A stretch of DNA of 59,364 nt, filler included, from Trichosphaerium sp. ATCC 40318 (GCA_038496445.1; 3 parts of 3 records of this genome joined end to end with filler, not necessarily neighbours in it), one strand, 5' to 3'. Shown: positions 23,482 through 40,859, counted from the whole stretch's first letter. Notes: generated by a model from the sequence alone, not told the origin. Made by a program: numbers and translations.

Positions 23482-24294
23482 ATTCCCTTGTTGATTTACT
23501 TTTGTCAGCTACAACGGTTTATTAAAATATGGAGTAGTCAGTTACAACAATACAGTTGAGAGTAAACATGTGTTTCTTCAAAAAAGTACAATATTTAACA
23601 TGCTACTTAGCTTCGCACCAAAAACCAGCAACCTTCAGTAACTCTTCTTGTTCAATCGCTCCATTTCGCTTATAACACACAGTGGTTTCAAGGCAAAGGA
23701 GTAAAAAGCGGGATTGCGCGAATAAGAACTGCAGTGTACTCGATTTTGTTGCGAAAGTTGGCAGCATGCTTTTGTGGTTGTAGATGTTGAAATTAGTGTG
23801 TTTTTAATATGTTTTACTCTTCTACGTACCATAACGTATAAATACTATGACCAAGGAAAGTAAGTGATTGCGTCAGCAAAAAGCAACTTCAACACAAGTC
23901 AAAACAGAAAGGAAATTGTTGATACAAAGGATGTACTTACAACGTGTTGTAACAGATGCCATAATTGTGTTTTAGAACTACTGTACAATAAATTAGTATA
24001 CTCTGGATTTTCAGACTAATAGGGCTACCTACAAACCATCCCGAAAACCTATGATTAGCAGTGACACAACATACTGCTGTTTTAAGTCTAAAGAACCACA
24101 TGCTATGACTTTCATCTTTTCCATTCAGAGCACATTGTCCAGCATCATGAGTTTTGCTGATATTGAGAGTCTTTCACCACTTATTTAAACTGTTGTGTGT
24201 ACATATCTGGTTTTAAAGGAGAATCAAGCAGTTGCAGTGCAGTGGTTGGTTGTTATACAAGGAAGCACATAACATTGAAGAGTATTTATTGGAG

Positions 24295-24558
24295 CTATGA
24301 GACTTGTATACCTGTAATTAACCATAAACCAGTAGTTACAGCTATAAAGATAACAAGAGCTATCCAATTTAAAACCAGCATCCCAATGAAACTTTGCCAA
24401 AGAGATGAGTTTTGTGTTTTACAATCACTACTTAATCCTATGATAACACTTGCAAGAAGCAAAGCCATTAACAGCACCACACAACAAGAAACTAAGAACA
24501 AACAATTCATAAGTACAAGTGTGCATAGAGGAGAAAATATCAGAATTAACAAAATCAC
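24295..24558 (-). CDS. Small multi-pass membrane protein
   Basis: Hydrophobic ORF; its DCKT..SFI motif recurs in neighbour 24707-25112. Confidence 0.35.
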   Translation of the reverse strand: MILLILIFSPLCTLVLMNCLFLVSCCVVLLMALLLASVIIGLSSDCKTQNSSLWQSFIGMLVLNWIALVIFIAVTTGLWLITGIQVS

Positions 24559-24706
24559 GTGGCCGTTTAAGGCGAATTTGTTTTAGTGCTTGATGCAATG
24601 CTCCGAGTTGTATGGATTTTTAACCATGAGCATGCAAATGGAGACGTTTTCAAATAAGGTTACAGTCGAGCTTTGGAGTACAAACTAATTGATTTAAGGT
24701 TTGATT

Positions 24707-25112
24707 TTAAGTTTCTAACGGAGCGAACATCTCATTGGGTGAAAAAATAATACGGTTTTCGTATAAAGTAACATTATTTGTACCTAAGGTAACGGATGCT
24801 TTGCGACGATGTTTTTCTGGTTTGGTTATAAACAGAACAAGTGCGGGTGCTCCAACACTACCAACGATGAATATTAAAATACTCTCAGCTATCATCCATA
24901 TAGATAAAGAGAGCCCTAAATATAGTATAAGACAGTTTGACAACCACGTGATTACACCAATATTGTAAAAATATGAACGACGTACCCAGAGTTTTACAGT
25001 CATCTACAGAGAAGTGTTCAATGCCAAGTACTAATTGTATGGTTGCTAGGATATAAAACGGACTACCAAATAAGCATGTAAATAGAATAACAGCGTTGTT
25101 CTCTTTGGACAT
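24707..25112 (-). pseudogene. Small membrane protein with a frameshift
   Basis: Two overlapping hydrophobic ORFs (24885-25112 and 24707-25003) in different frames. Confidence 0.35.
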
Positions 25113-25407
25113 GTTGTTGTGCCGACTATTTTAATGGAGAGTTTCAAAGAAGTTCGCGACAAAGATAAAAATACCATTATTGTAAACAGATTCTTGGCTT
25201 GTTCGAGTTGTAACGTTAGCTCAAGCTCATTTGGAACCTAGCCCGTTTCACAATACTATGTGTTGTTGAATAAAAATGGTGTCACAGTAAGGTCGAAAGT
25301 AAGCTGTCTAGACTCTAAGTCAGCACATATCTCGAATTTTATCAAATTTCTCGCTATTACATTTGGGTACTCTTGAGGTTGTTAAAACGAACATATTGGT
25401 GAACCCA

Positions 25408-28891
<3,484 letters not shown>

Positions 28892-29141
28892 AAACATTCA
28901 AAAAAATAAAAATATGAGCAAAACTCCAACAAAAGAATAAGCCAACCAAGTTCTCCATTCGAACTGCTGTCAGCATATTGTTTTTCGGTTTTCTAATAAG
29001 AGGTGTAACACAACAGTCATTGTGGTTACATAGGTGTGTTGCACAACCATATTAGTTCATTTTCAAAGAACAACGGTTTTCGAACTTAACTGACGTTGTA
29101 CTTACTTAAATCACTAATCAGACCAACAAACGCATTACAAC

Positions 29142-29429
29142 ATGTCAAGAACAATAGAAGGAGAGTATAAAGGACCATTCAAGATGGTTTTCAGAAAAGA
29201 TGGCTCAATTCGAGCGTCTACAACCTTAAATAGCCATACTGGCTCTTATGTTATAGAAGAGGATGGTACTATCGAGCTGGCAGTTTCACAAACGGAAAGG
29301 GGCTCTCTAGACGAAGAAGTACGAAAAGAAGCAAGAATACATGATGCTATCATGCTGTCAACGCCTAAAAAACTATGTCCAGACGGAACTATTGTATTTG
29401 GCGATACTACCTTTACGCCAGTCAAATAA
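29142..29429 (+). CDS. META/HslJ-like domain protein (intronless)
   Basis: F.KDGSIRASTTLNSHTGSY....GTI....SQTERG......E..I.DAI fits the META pattern, without the usual Cys. Confidence 0.5.
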   Translation: MSRTIEGEYKGPFKMVFRKDGSIRASTTLNSHTGSYVIEEDGTIELAVSQTERGSLDEEVRKEARIHDAIMLSTPKKLCPDGTIVFGDTTFTPVK

Positions 29430-29638
29430 ATTTATAGCAAAGCATGTCTAAATACATGTGCACGCCATTTATACGCCTAGAACCTGCTAGCAAATCGACG
29501 GAATTAGCTTGACTAATACTGACGACAATCCAAAACCAAAAAGAATACCTGCAGCTAGCGCGTGAAGTATTAGTCTTCAGTATACGTATTAAAGAACAGT
29601 GACAAACTTACAAGCAATTTATCGTATTACAAAACGAA

Positions 29639-30849
29639 ATGGAAGCAAAAGACATAGAAAACGTGCCTCAGGTCATATCCGGCCTTATTACTCTCCCAGT
29701 TGAATTAATAGTGCATATTCTTAAACAAGGACGGTAAGGTTACTCAGTATTTCAAAAAATTATTTTATTTACGTTTTACGTACACGTGACTTATTTCAAT
29801 CTGAAATTCGGTTTTTTTCAGGTATACTCTCCGTTCAGCCCAAACATGCCACCTTTTACGAGATATTATTCACAAGCATGTTGGATATAATCTTATCTAT
29901 GTTTCAAGCGATAGTGAAGTGACGATGCTATCCGGTAGTCCGTTACTGCAGAACACAAGCATCCACATGCGCTGGAAAACAAAGAACCGCCACTTGCATT
30001 TACTTTCAGGTGTACACACTATTGATGTTAGTTTTTGTAGATCAATAACAGATAAGGGCATCAAGGCATTATCAGGCGTGTATAATATTGGTTTAGAGGG
30101 TACCTCAGTAACAGATGAAGGTTTGAAGGCTTTGGCAGGTGTACATGAGATTAGATTATCTTATACAGAAGTAACAGCTGAAGGTTTGAAAGCATTGGCA
30201 GGTGTACATACCATTGATTTATCAAGCACAGATGTAACAGATAGGGGTTTGAAGGCTTTGGCTGGTGTACATACTATCAACTTGAGGTTTTGTAAGTCAA
30301 TAACAGATGAGGGAGTTAAGGCTTTGGCTGGTGTGCACAAAATTTATTTGTCCTACACAAATGTAACAAATAATTGTTTGACGGCTTTGAAAGGTGTGCA
30401 TACTATCCATTTGGTTGATTGCAATCCATTGGGAAATGGTATTAAGGTATTAGCAGGTGTACATGAGATTAAATTATCGTCTACCTTTATAACAGATGAA
30501 TGTTTGACATCATTGGCTGGTGTACACACTATATCCTTGAATAATTGTGTTGCAATACGCAATGAGGGTATGAAGGCTTTGGCAGGTGTATACACAATTC
30601 ATTTAGCATCTACACATGTAACAGATGAAGGCGTCAAGATGTTAGCAGGTGTACATGAGATAAATTTATCTTATACAGAAGTAACTGATGAAGGTTTGAA
30701 GGCATTGGCAGGTGTACACACTATATACTTGAATAATTGTCTTGCAATACACAATGAGGGTATGAAGGCTTTGGCAGGTGTACACACAATTCATTTGGCA
30801 TCTACACATGTAACAGATGAAGGTGTCAAGATGTTAGGTGGTGTACATG
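29639..30849 (+). CDS. F-box + 22/24-aa LRR protein (3' end lost at gap)
   Basis: LITLPVELIVHILK, one intron, AQTCHLLRDII, then about 13 repeats of LAGVHxIxLSxTxVTDEGLKA. Confidence 0.9.
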
Positions 30850-30949
30850 NNNNNNNNNNNNNNNNNNNNNNNNNNNNNNNNNNNNNNNNNNNNTTAATTA
30901 ATTAANNNNNNNNNNNNNNNNNNNNNNNNNNNNNNNNNNNNNNNNNNNN
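30850..30949. other. Artificial contig linker
   Basis: Ns flank TTAATTAATTAA, which gives stops in all six frames. Confidence 0.95.
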
Positions 30950-33900
30950 GAAAATGTTTAAAAAAACCTTGTGTTACAACAAAAAAAAACTTTGCAATGG
31001 ATACTATCTGTTGTTGCCAACAACTTTATCCAGCACATAACCTAGACGTTTTAGTAAATGATAGACTTGCTGCTATGTTTTGTACCGTATAACCTCCTAA
31101 TGGCCAACTATGATCAGAGATATTGTACTTCAAATACGCTGGGTATCTACAAATATATTTGAGCAAAAACGCCAACAAACTAATTCGCAGCGTACCTTTT
31201 AGAAGATGTTTGCAAACCAATGTACGGCACGTGAGATGCCTTTTCATAAAATTGTTAAGTACTTACAACAGTATATGCATACCTTGGCCATAGTCGCCAA
31301 ACAATCCAACATGTTAACGTTAGGCGCTGGCAAAAGCAAACTCAAGAATCGCCTACAATCTGTGATAGTTATACTATAGCACGCTATTGAAGCCAACAAG
31401 TCGAGAACTGTATCGTGAGCACTATGTGTTGTATCTTTTATGGCAGCCAAATAATTGTTCAGTAACGTTGTTATAACGTGTGCCTTGGCTAGTGCCGCCT
31501 TGTTGTATGCTGACCCCTATTAAAAGCACGTGTTAATAACAACTCCAGCCAAAGCAACAAGCGAGCGTACCGACATGTTGCGTAGTGATTCTAAAACGCG
31601 TAACGACACTGGCAGAGGAACTGTTGACTTGCATATTATTTTAAGTATAACAGCAATCGCTTCTGGATTGTGTATGAAATGTTTCTCGACAGGGACAACC
31701 TGTTAAGGAGGTAAAATTAAATAGACGTACTTGAAACAAAAAAAAAAAAGAAGAAATGTGGTTACCTTTGAAGTACGTTCGGTGGCCAGATTTAGCAGCA
31801 TGTCAAAAACGTTGGACGCATGGTTTTTAAGGGCACCAGATAGAAATATCCCTGATTCCAGCGTGCTAAAGCCTGCGGCAAAGTGTTACAGTTTGATGAA
31901 TAAACCAGTGTTAGTTTAACACTAACCTATGTGGTTTCTCAAGAAACTCCTGTTCTCATTGTTACCGCGTACAGCTGCTGTGAGTAGACTAAACACTGCT
32001 TTGAGCAGCTGAAGTTTTAACGTTCTCATCTTTGTTGCAAGCTCTATAATGTTGATATAAGCTCAAAAGTGTATGTTGGACGGTGGAGTATATTACGGTT
32101 TTCTAGGCTAACGAGTAACGAGACAGTGCATACAAACCCATCAGCGGTTCTAAAAGCATCTTGAAAGCTTGGTTTTGAAAGCAAAAGCCTCGTTATCATC
32201 GTGGATAAGTCAATTCGAAGTGCGTATTCTTCTTTTTTTGTAGCTTGAAGAATCTCTACAACTCTTGCAATGTCCCTATGTAATAAGTGTTGTTAGTAAT
32301 TATTTCAAACACGTGACAGAAATAAAAATTGCTTACGCCTGGTGCTGCTCGGGATCGCCGCGAATGACTTGGACAAGTACATTCATGGCACTCGCTCTAA
32401 GAGCGTCGAAGTGTATCAAATTGAAAATATGTGGAACCATTCCTCTACTTCTGTGAGATGACCAATTTTAAATCTAGTGCACGAACCCTTCTTTAAAAAT
32501 ATGAACGTTCTCTGGCGCTTCTGTCAAGAGTAGAGCCAATATATTCATCATAACCTTACCACAGTCAGACGGTTTATTAAACAAAGTGCGCTAAGGGCGA
32601 GCGTGTAATAAAAAAAACGTACTGCATAAGTATTCCATTCTGGATCGCTCAAACTGATTTTCGAACTTGTAGTTTTAGATGCGTGACTATGCTATTTGTG
32701 AGCGGCTACAATATGAGTACGATTGATAGTTGCCTGTATTTTGTAACAAGTGAAATCAACATGTCGAACATGCCCGCTTGACGGAGGGTATCCTTGTAGT
32801 TTACAGTGCCTACTTTGGAATTTGCAATCTTAGAAACAGTTTGGTATATAAAGTTTGCGAGCTCAAGGGACGCCCTGTCTTGTACTAAGCAACTGAGACT
32901 ACTAAGCGCCTATAACTTAAATATTAGTCGCAGGTCATAATTAAGTAACATTGAACCTGGAATGGAACTATACTCGAAGCACTAGTAGTCACAAATACCA
33001 GTAACTGCAATACACCTTCTTTCAATTTTGTAGGATATGATTCCAAGTTTTGGATAAAATGTGCTAAAGCATGTTCCCTGTAGAAAAATAGGATTGAGCA
33101 CACATAAGTTAAAAGGAGATGATTGATACCTGGACAACAGGGCAAAGTTTTCAGAATGCGCTCCATAAACACGTGACATACATTCCAATATCTTACAGCG
33201 CGTTGTCATATTATTGCTCTTGCTAAAGAACTCTGCGAGAGCGTTGAATGCGTCTATGTTCCTTACCATTGTGTTTTCTACCCAAGTCAAGTTAAATTAC
33301 GCTTGTTAATCGTTTTATAAGCTCTTCTTTTTTTTTTTTTGTACCCTTTCCTGAGGAGTTGTCTAGTCTGCCCTTGCCTTTATCGCGTGTTCCACAAAAC
33401 ACAAAATTAGTGACAGCAAATAACATTGGGGCCTAGAGTGTAGCACAGTGAGTGATAAACCAGGCCTCATTCAACAAGGAAAGAGCGTACCACTTGAGAT
33501 ATGTCTGTTTTCTCTAACCATACCAAACAGTTAACCAACCCAACGTAGCCTCCATTTTTAGAAAAGTCCGATAGAAGAGATCTTGATGTCTTCGAAGACT
33601 CCTAAAGGATGTTGGAAAATACGACTATGGTCATTTGGGACCTGTAAACATCGCAAAATGGTAAGCCACACGTCAGATATTGTTGTTGGAGAAAAGTCTG
33701 CATAAGCAGCCAACCTTGCTATCCAATGCATCACTACTTCCTGCGACCGTGTTAAATCTGCTGTGGTTCAAATTGACGCCTATTCTTTTTGGCGAACTTG
33801 ATAAAAAGACGTACCCGCTTGTGCAAGTAATCGATTGTTTTTTTAGTCATGTGGTTGGCAATAACAACTGAAGTAACAGGCAAAATCTTCTCTCGCAAAC

Positions 33901-35059
33901 ACTTGTTGTGTGAAGGAGCGTCTGTGGCCAGTATTGTAAATAACCTATTTCAGTGGCAATGAGTGTAAATTAATCGCAATCCTCTAGCCCTCAGTTTGAC
34001 GCACCATCGGAGTGTGTCAGATCTTCGAAGTGCTGTAATTATAGATGTGTGCGGTACAAGTTGTGCTAGAATCGATAGTATGCAATCTTCAACACGAACA
34101 TCTGCATTGTTGTAGTTAATAATAATCATCCATTTCAACTTATGTGTAATACACACCTTTGTTGAAGCTAATTGTCAACCCTGGTGTAGGTAGTATAAGA
34201 AACAAGTTGTACACTTCAAGAAGAGTGGAGGGAACAGCCGACACAATGAAAGGATCCAACGTCGGTGATGCCTGAGTAGAAAGCATCGTTAGAGGGCAAT
34301 AGTATTTTGTTTCAGCGTACGCCTGATGCAAGAATCTCAACACACTATAAAGTCTTGGTGAGTTGGGAGTTGACAAAGGGGGAAATAAAAACAATATTGT
34401 CTTGCGCTTTTTTTTTTTTTTTGCATTTTTTTTACAAATTAGTAATTAGTTACCTGCAGTATAGCAAACACGCCATCCTCCGCTGATGGTGACGCCAGTA
34501 TCCTTAGCACTGACACACTACTTGTATCATTTGCATTGCTAGCCTGCCAGTTTGAACGTATAGCTGTCACGAGGGTGCCACAAACATCTAGAGCAAAATC
34601 GCTGATGGACGGGAACCTAAAATCTGTTTGACACGATTGGGATTAAATTTTGACATACGCCTCCTGTAGCGCTTTGGGCCTGACTTTATCCTCTCTGTGG
34701 AACCGTTAATGCGTGATTTCGTAAAAACAAGCGCCTTACGTGTACGCAGAAATAAAAGCTTGCAACAATAACCCCCGCTTTGTAATTTTGATCGTACTAT
34801 TTGTGGTACTGCTAGAATATGGTCAGGAACGTTATTATTTCGCGTGTATACTTGTATTCACTCCAGTATGTTTCTAAACTGCTTAATGTTCCAGTTAAAT
34901 CGCTCCGAAGTTCCCCAGCATTACTTGGTTTGTCTTTTTGGGCTCTATGTTTAAAAAATGAGTAGGTTTTGCACTTGTTCAAACTATTTACGTTAAATTG
35001 CTATCCTCTTCTTTAACCGGCTCCTTGGACCTGTTTACGAATCTTTTGACCCAGTCCAT
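30950..35059 (-). CDS. BEACH-family protein (WDFY3/Alfy/LvsA-like), N-terminal part only
   Basis: ATG at 35059 (MDWVKRF); exons with DFSKNGGYVGL, VRNIDAFNAL..YGAHSENFALL, VRGNNENRSFL, SITITDCRRFLSLL and WPLGGY resemble the WDFY3/LvsA ARM and ConA regions; the BEACH domain itself is not in the window. Confidence 0.7.
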
Positions 35060-35464
35060 TAGCTAGAAGCCAATTCGCGTGTCTCGATAGAATTGATCGA
35101 AGTTGTCATACCAATGTAGCGCTCGCTACGTTTTTATACCAAATCCTGACAATTTGTAAGCTTTTTTTGGTGAACTGTAGGTGTGGTAGATTGCCTTAAC
35201 CAGGTCTACATCATTCTCACAACACTGGCCATGGCGATTGCCTGAGCGCAAGGCAATAGTATTATTAGTACAACATGAGCAGTTCTATGCGTATGTAGTG
35301 TTTTTGGCATTTTTTTTTAGAACATTTCGCTTCTATTTTGATTTTCATAATGCGATTAGTATCAATACGTCCTTGTATGCGCGCAGCGGGTGCAAGACCT
35401 TCTAAATCCAATGTGGGCGTGAGATTTAACAGAAAAGTTCTCATAATCGGTAACGGCGGAGGTT

Positions 35465-36221
35465 CGTGCATGCAAGAACAATGTGAGGTTACTTACAACA
35501 GTTACAGAACAATCAACGCACAAAAAGTTACATTTTGGCCAATCGTTATTGCGCAGCTGTTACCACGCCGCTGATGATTCATCAAGCGATGTTTCCGACG
35601 AAGAAATGGTGCCTAGCTATTTTGCTCGTTATCCAGTTTGCCATCAAAATCCGAAAGCTCACTATCCGAATTTAGAACTTTGAAGTAACCGGGGACGTGC
35701 AGGATAGTTACAGCAGCAGCTCTGAAGACGAAATTATGTTGGTACATGATTCTTTTTTGGATTTTGAGTGTACCGACGTCATCCATTCAAGTTAACCCAA
35801 CAAAGGAGGTTGAGATACCCATAGGAGGGTACACAAGTAGTGACAGCGATATCGAGCTGCAAGAAAATGGTGAAACGGCACGTTATCTCTGCCAATCAAC
35901 TTGTGCCAACTCCTTTTCTAGGAGCCAGAGACAAAGCAACAACTTTTCTCGTTAGGACTGGGCATTGTGCCAAAGGCAACTGAGACAGTGCTAGGCCGTC
36001 AAAGCACTTTCAGGATGTTTGGTGATGAAACGATTTCTGGCCTTAAACCACCGCAAATCTTGTCCCCCAGCTCTCACAAAAATGAAATTGGAGAATTTCA
36101 GCGTAGCCCAAGGCGTTTAAAGCGCACTAATACGCCAGGAGTTTCCTTAGGAAACAGACCAGCGACAATAGGCCGACGAAACACAGAGATTGAGTTTTTT
36201 ACAACCTACACAATACCGTAG
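35465..36221 (+). CDS. Hypothetical spliced protein, acidic/Ser-rich
   Basis: Exon-like segments DDSSSDVSDEEM, DSYSSSSEDE and YTSSDSDIELQE, plus terminal ORF 35967-36221. Confidence 0.4.
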
Positions 36222-36351
36222 GTCCATCAAATCTGTGATAGAAGCTTTTGTATAAATTTGTAAAAAAATATTTAGCTATTTAGCGCTTAAGTTGCTATTG
36301 TGACCGTCTCAGTCAAAACACGTGTTTATTTGAACTGGCGCCTGTTGTTCT

Positions 36352-37700
36352 ATGCGTTGCAGCAAGGTGTGAGGATATTTTGGTGGTCTGTCTAACTGGT
36401 AAAAGGGAACTACGCGAAACATTGTTGGATTGCTTGTGTTGAGTACTGTAATTGTGTTCTTTACAATTCAGCCTATCCTAAACGCTCGTGATTTGGATTA
36501 TAGACCGCATACTTACGTGCGTGTGGAAAACGCTTCATACCTTACACCCATTGTTCGTACGCTTCATTTTTAAAGCTAACGGTGATAGTCTATTACTGAG
36601 AAAGAGCATTACTCCCGTCAAATTCATTTTGTTTGTTTGGGTATGAATTTCACGTGTGTGAAGTGTTAAATGTATTAAGGTGTCAAACAATTATCAACAA
36701 GAACAGCGTGTGCAATTGAAGCTGCTGCCCGCTTCCACCCACAACATAAAGTCACATGCTGGAGGTGAGGTGCATTAGTTTATGTTATTTATCACAAACT
36801 AGAAACAAAAATGATGGTGCACTGAATTTACATCAAGACCCACGACTTAGATTACTACCAAATGTCAATGAACAAATATTGGATAAACATTCCTTGTTGT
36901 CTTTAAACAAGAAATGGTTAAATCACTTTACTACTAACAGTAATACTTGGCAAAGTGTGCAATTGCATTTAGCCTTTCAGTCTGATCTTTGGAGAATTGC
37001 TTTGTTACTTAAATATGGTGGAACTTATTTGGATTGGGATGAAATATTGCTCAAACCAATACACTCGCTAAATAAAGTACTTTCATATTTAACTATTATT
37101 TGGTTATTTGTTGTAGGTGGTTGTTAAACAAAGCAATAAAAAAAAAGCTCATACCACCAATGGAGTTTTAGTGAATTTTGAGCCCAATAACACTTTTATA
37201 CATGCTTTTTATGATGCCATGGCCTCAGCAGTGGTACCAGTTGGTAACATTAACAAAAAATGGTACAATAACAAAAAAATGTCATTTAATGTAAAACTAG
37301 GGGATGGATTGGACCAAATTTGCTATCTAGAGTTATTGATGGATTTAATTGGAATATTACTATTTGTATACATTATCTTTGAATTGTCATTAATTTTGCA
37401 TAGTACAACCAAACACATTTTATCCTTATAATTGGTATGTTCATTGTTGATAAAGTTATTTTATTTTGGTTTAGGAGAAATTGGAAACCATTATTTAAAA
37501 CATCCACTGTTGATGATTTTAATTTATTACAACAATCAACGTAAGTGTGGATATTATAATTATCATTAAACAAATTAGTTTTGGAGTACAGTTGTGGAGT
37601 AAAAAAACAAATAATCAACAAATAAAACAAAACAGGTATGCCAAGTTGTAAATTACAATATTAATCATATTAGTTTAATTGGGTTGATTATGGCAAAAGC
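36352..37700 (+). CDS. GT32 / alpha-1,4-glycosyltransferase family protein (end approximate)
   Basis: N-terminal transmembrane segment; CAIEAAARFHP; SDLWRIALLLKYGGTYLDWD (DxD motif); TNGVL..F..N..FI; WGWIGPNLLSRV. Confidence 0.8.
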
Positions 37701-38479
37701 TTGTCCTACTACATACAAAATAAGTTTTAATAAATGACAGGTTTTTTTAGCTAGCTTCATTCATTCCATTTTTTACTGTCATTTTTTTAACAGTTGCCAC
37801 AAATATCAAAGATTTATTTGATAAACACTTAATTTGAGGGTTTGTTGCAGTTTCAAGAACACTGATTTCAGGTAAACCACAACCACTTCTTGCTTTTAAG
37901 TGCTAATATTTTGTTAAAAGATTTAAGATAGGGTTAAAGTAACATTATAAAGCACCTTTTCAACCACCTTTAGTGAATATGGTTTGCATAGTTGCTTGAG
38001 GAAATACTAGGTTTTTTTTCTGGTACAATTTCATTTTCTATTCCTAAACTGGTTTAAGTGATTGAAAAAGAAAAAAAATGGAAAAAGTATCAAATTGCAA
38101 TAAATTCAAAAGGTACAAATCAAAAGAAAGTTAAAGAAATAAGCTCAGCTGGGTTCATTTCGCTTGTGCATTCGTCACGAGCTTGAAAATTCATGAAAAC
38201 TGCTATCGTTTTTGAAAATAGAACTATTGCTGGTATTAGTCATAAGATCTTGAGTTTAAGCATAATAACGTTTCACAACGTCTGCGTACAGGCTGTGTAG
38301 AGTGTACCTTGCATTGCCATTGAACCTAACTTTCTTTTTCTTCTCTATGGCTGAATGTCAGAAATATGGTCTTGTCTCTGCATTCGTTTTGCTTTGTCAT
38401 CTGAGTGAAGAATTGTAATTTTAAAACTTGCAACATTGTTAGATCCACAACAAGAAAGTGAAAACAGTGTTCTGTTAAA

Positions 38480-38738
38480 TCAAATGTGGTAGTGTTTTGT
38501 GTAACTGTAGACACCTAGGTGAAACTGTTGTAAAACCTGACAGCGTTTCATTGGCATCAAAGTCAAAGATAAAATCAACTTGGATGTAGGTTTTTGAAGC
38601 ATTGTTCAGTTGCTGTTCATTTGAATCTTCTGCACCACCAGATTCACTACAAGAAAGTGATAACATTGTTCTGTTTTACTAAATGTGGTAGTGTTTGGTG
38701 TAGCTGTAAACACCTAAGTAAAACTGTTGTAAAACCTG
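38480..38738. repeat. Local direct duplication of about 60 bp at about 200-bp spacing; second copy split by a transposon
   Basis: AAATGTGGTAGTGTTT..CACCTA.GT.AAACTGTTGTAAAACCTG at about 38482 and 38681; the second copy continues as TGACAGCGT at 40860. Confidence 0.8.
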
Positions 38739-40859
38739 CAGTAGTGAAATCAGGATTTTCACACGTACAATATACGTACGTGGCACGTACTCTTCACACG
38801 TACAATATACGTACGTGCCACGTACTTTTTCACACGTACAATATACGTACGTGGCACGTACGTGTTACGTACGTATTAAACAAAATAAGTAAAATTTTTT
38901 TACAAAAAGAACTGTATCAACAGTTTCTACTATGTACAACATAATAAACCATACTATTGAGAAATAGTATTTTATTTAACCATTAATTTGGAATGGTATG
39001 TTTGTAATGATTTTCCAAATATGTTTTGTTTCCATTGGATCAAGTACTACAGCTGTGTTTCTGATTATGTTATTTGCTGTAACAGCACTGTAATCAAGAT
39101 TTTGGCATATACAAAACCTGTATATGACACATACTTTTGCCTTGTACTTAATCCATATGTGACACATACTTTTGACATGTACCTAACCTGCATGTGGTAT
39201 GTACTTATTCAAAGGTATGTTAAAGTATCTGACATTGTCAAACACAACCCAACCCAAACCTACTGATATAAAATGGCCTCTTACACTAAAAGTTATGTTG
39301 ATAACAGTTAACAAGTTCACAAAATGCTTAACTCTGTTAGTTCTCTAAGGAGAATCAACAAACCACATGATATTTTGGAGATTTCTACCAAAATTACTTT
39401 TTGCCAGACACAAATAGCCAGTGTATCCTTTACAATGTCATTGTCTCTTTTTTGAATGAAATTATGCCAAAGCTATTGGAAGCATGCTTGTCAAACATAT
39501 TTCACCAAATCTAAATGGATGGTCTGATTATACTTTGAAATATTCATCTAACAAAGAAAAAGCTATACAGAACAGTTTTGTTATGCATTGTATTTGCAAG
39601 TGTAGGAATTCACTTTTTTTTGACACAATGAAATACCATTACCCACAAAAAGTCATGTTTTGGCACCAACAAAACATTCTTATTGCACTCAATATAAATA
39701 ACTCTCAATGTGTATCATTGTTAGATGAAGACAAATTTACACAGATAGAAATTATTGGCAAGCTTCAAACTAAATGGCCAACTTTATTTTTTTGAACTAT
39801 GAAAAACAACTTGTAAAAAAATGCATGCATGGCCTGTATGTGTGGCATGTACTTTCAAACTGTATCTAATTTGTATGTGGCATGTACTTTTAACATGTAC
39901 ATAAAAAAAAATATAAAAAAATTTGCCCAAAAAATCTGGCATTTGATAGCCAAAAAATTCAAAAAAAAATCTCAAAAAATAACAGACAGCTTGTAGTCGC
40001 AAGGTACGAAACCATGTATTATTAATAGAAGAGGGTGTTTTAGGATTATTAGGGCATTTATGTAAAAACTAGAGGAGAAAACTTAATAAAGTGCAAAATG
40101 TAGCTTTTTGCTGTGTTTTGTTGTTTTATTGCATAACTTAGGTCTCTCTGTACAAACCACTCAGAAAATGTAGCATTAGGTATAATTAGGTACGATGCAT
40201 GGTTTCATGGTGGTTTGGGGTTCAGTGCACCATTTTTAGGCAAAAACGACAGAAAATATGTATTTGGAGTAGTTTAAGGATATTATGGCTTAATAGCTCT
40301 ATTAAACCACTTTTTAAAGGCGATTATGGGTTTCAAGCATTTTCCTGAAATAGTCGTTAAGTTGTGGTGGTTAAGTTGCAGTTGTAGGTCGGTAAGGCAT
40401 GATGATAGAAATATCTTCTGAAACATGGTCGTTTAGTGGTAATGTATTGTAATGTATTGTAATGTATTGTATGTAGTGTATTGTAATGTATTGTAATGTA
40501 TATGTAGTTGTAATTACCAATAAACCAATCCATCGTTTTTAGTATTTTTTGTTCAAAACGAGGCAAAATTCCAACTTTTGACACGTACAATATACGTACG
40601 TGGCACGTACTTTTGACACGTACAATATACGTACGTGGCACGTACTTTTCACACGTACAATATACGTACGTGACACGTACAATATACGTACGTGACACGT
40701 ACTTTTCACACGTACAATATACGTACGTGGCACGTACTCTTCACACGGATGAAATACGTACGTGGCACGTATTTTGACACGTACAATATACGTACGTGCC
40801 ACGTACTTTTTCACACGTACAATATACGTACTTCACACGTACTTCCGATTTTACTACTG
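38739..40859. mobile_element. Non-autonomous TIR element B with 35-bp subterminal tandem repeats and 2-bp TSD (CMC/EnSpm-like)
   Basis: TIR CAGTAGT(G/A)AAATC; the TG duplication is confirmed by the paralogous empty site AAAACCTGACAGCG near 38532; CACACGTACAATATACGTACGTGGCACGTACTTTT arrays at 38760-38875 and 40577-40843. Confidence 0.9.
40441..40500. repeat. (AATGTATTGT)n minisatellite inside element B
   Basis: Seen directly. Confidence 0.9.

Noticed and set aside
30850-30949. LRR gene apparently converging on or fused with the truncated BEACH gene
   Set aside because: Separated by an artificial linker, so adjacency across it (and across 42225-42324) is not biological evidence.
40577-40843. 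35-bp repeats resembling a CRISPR array
   Set aside because: Head-to-tail with no unique spacers; they are subterminal repeats of a TIR element, and no cas genes are present.
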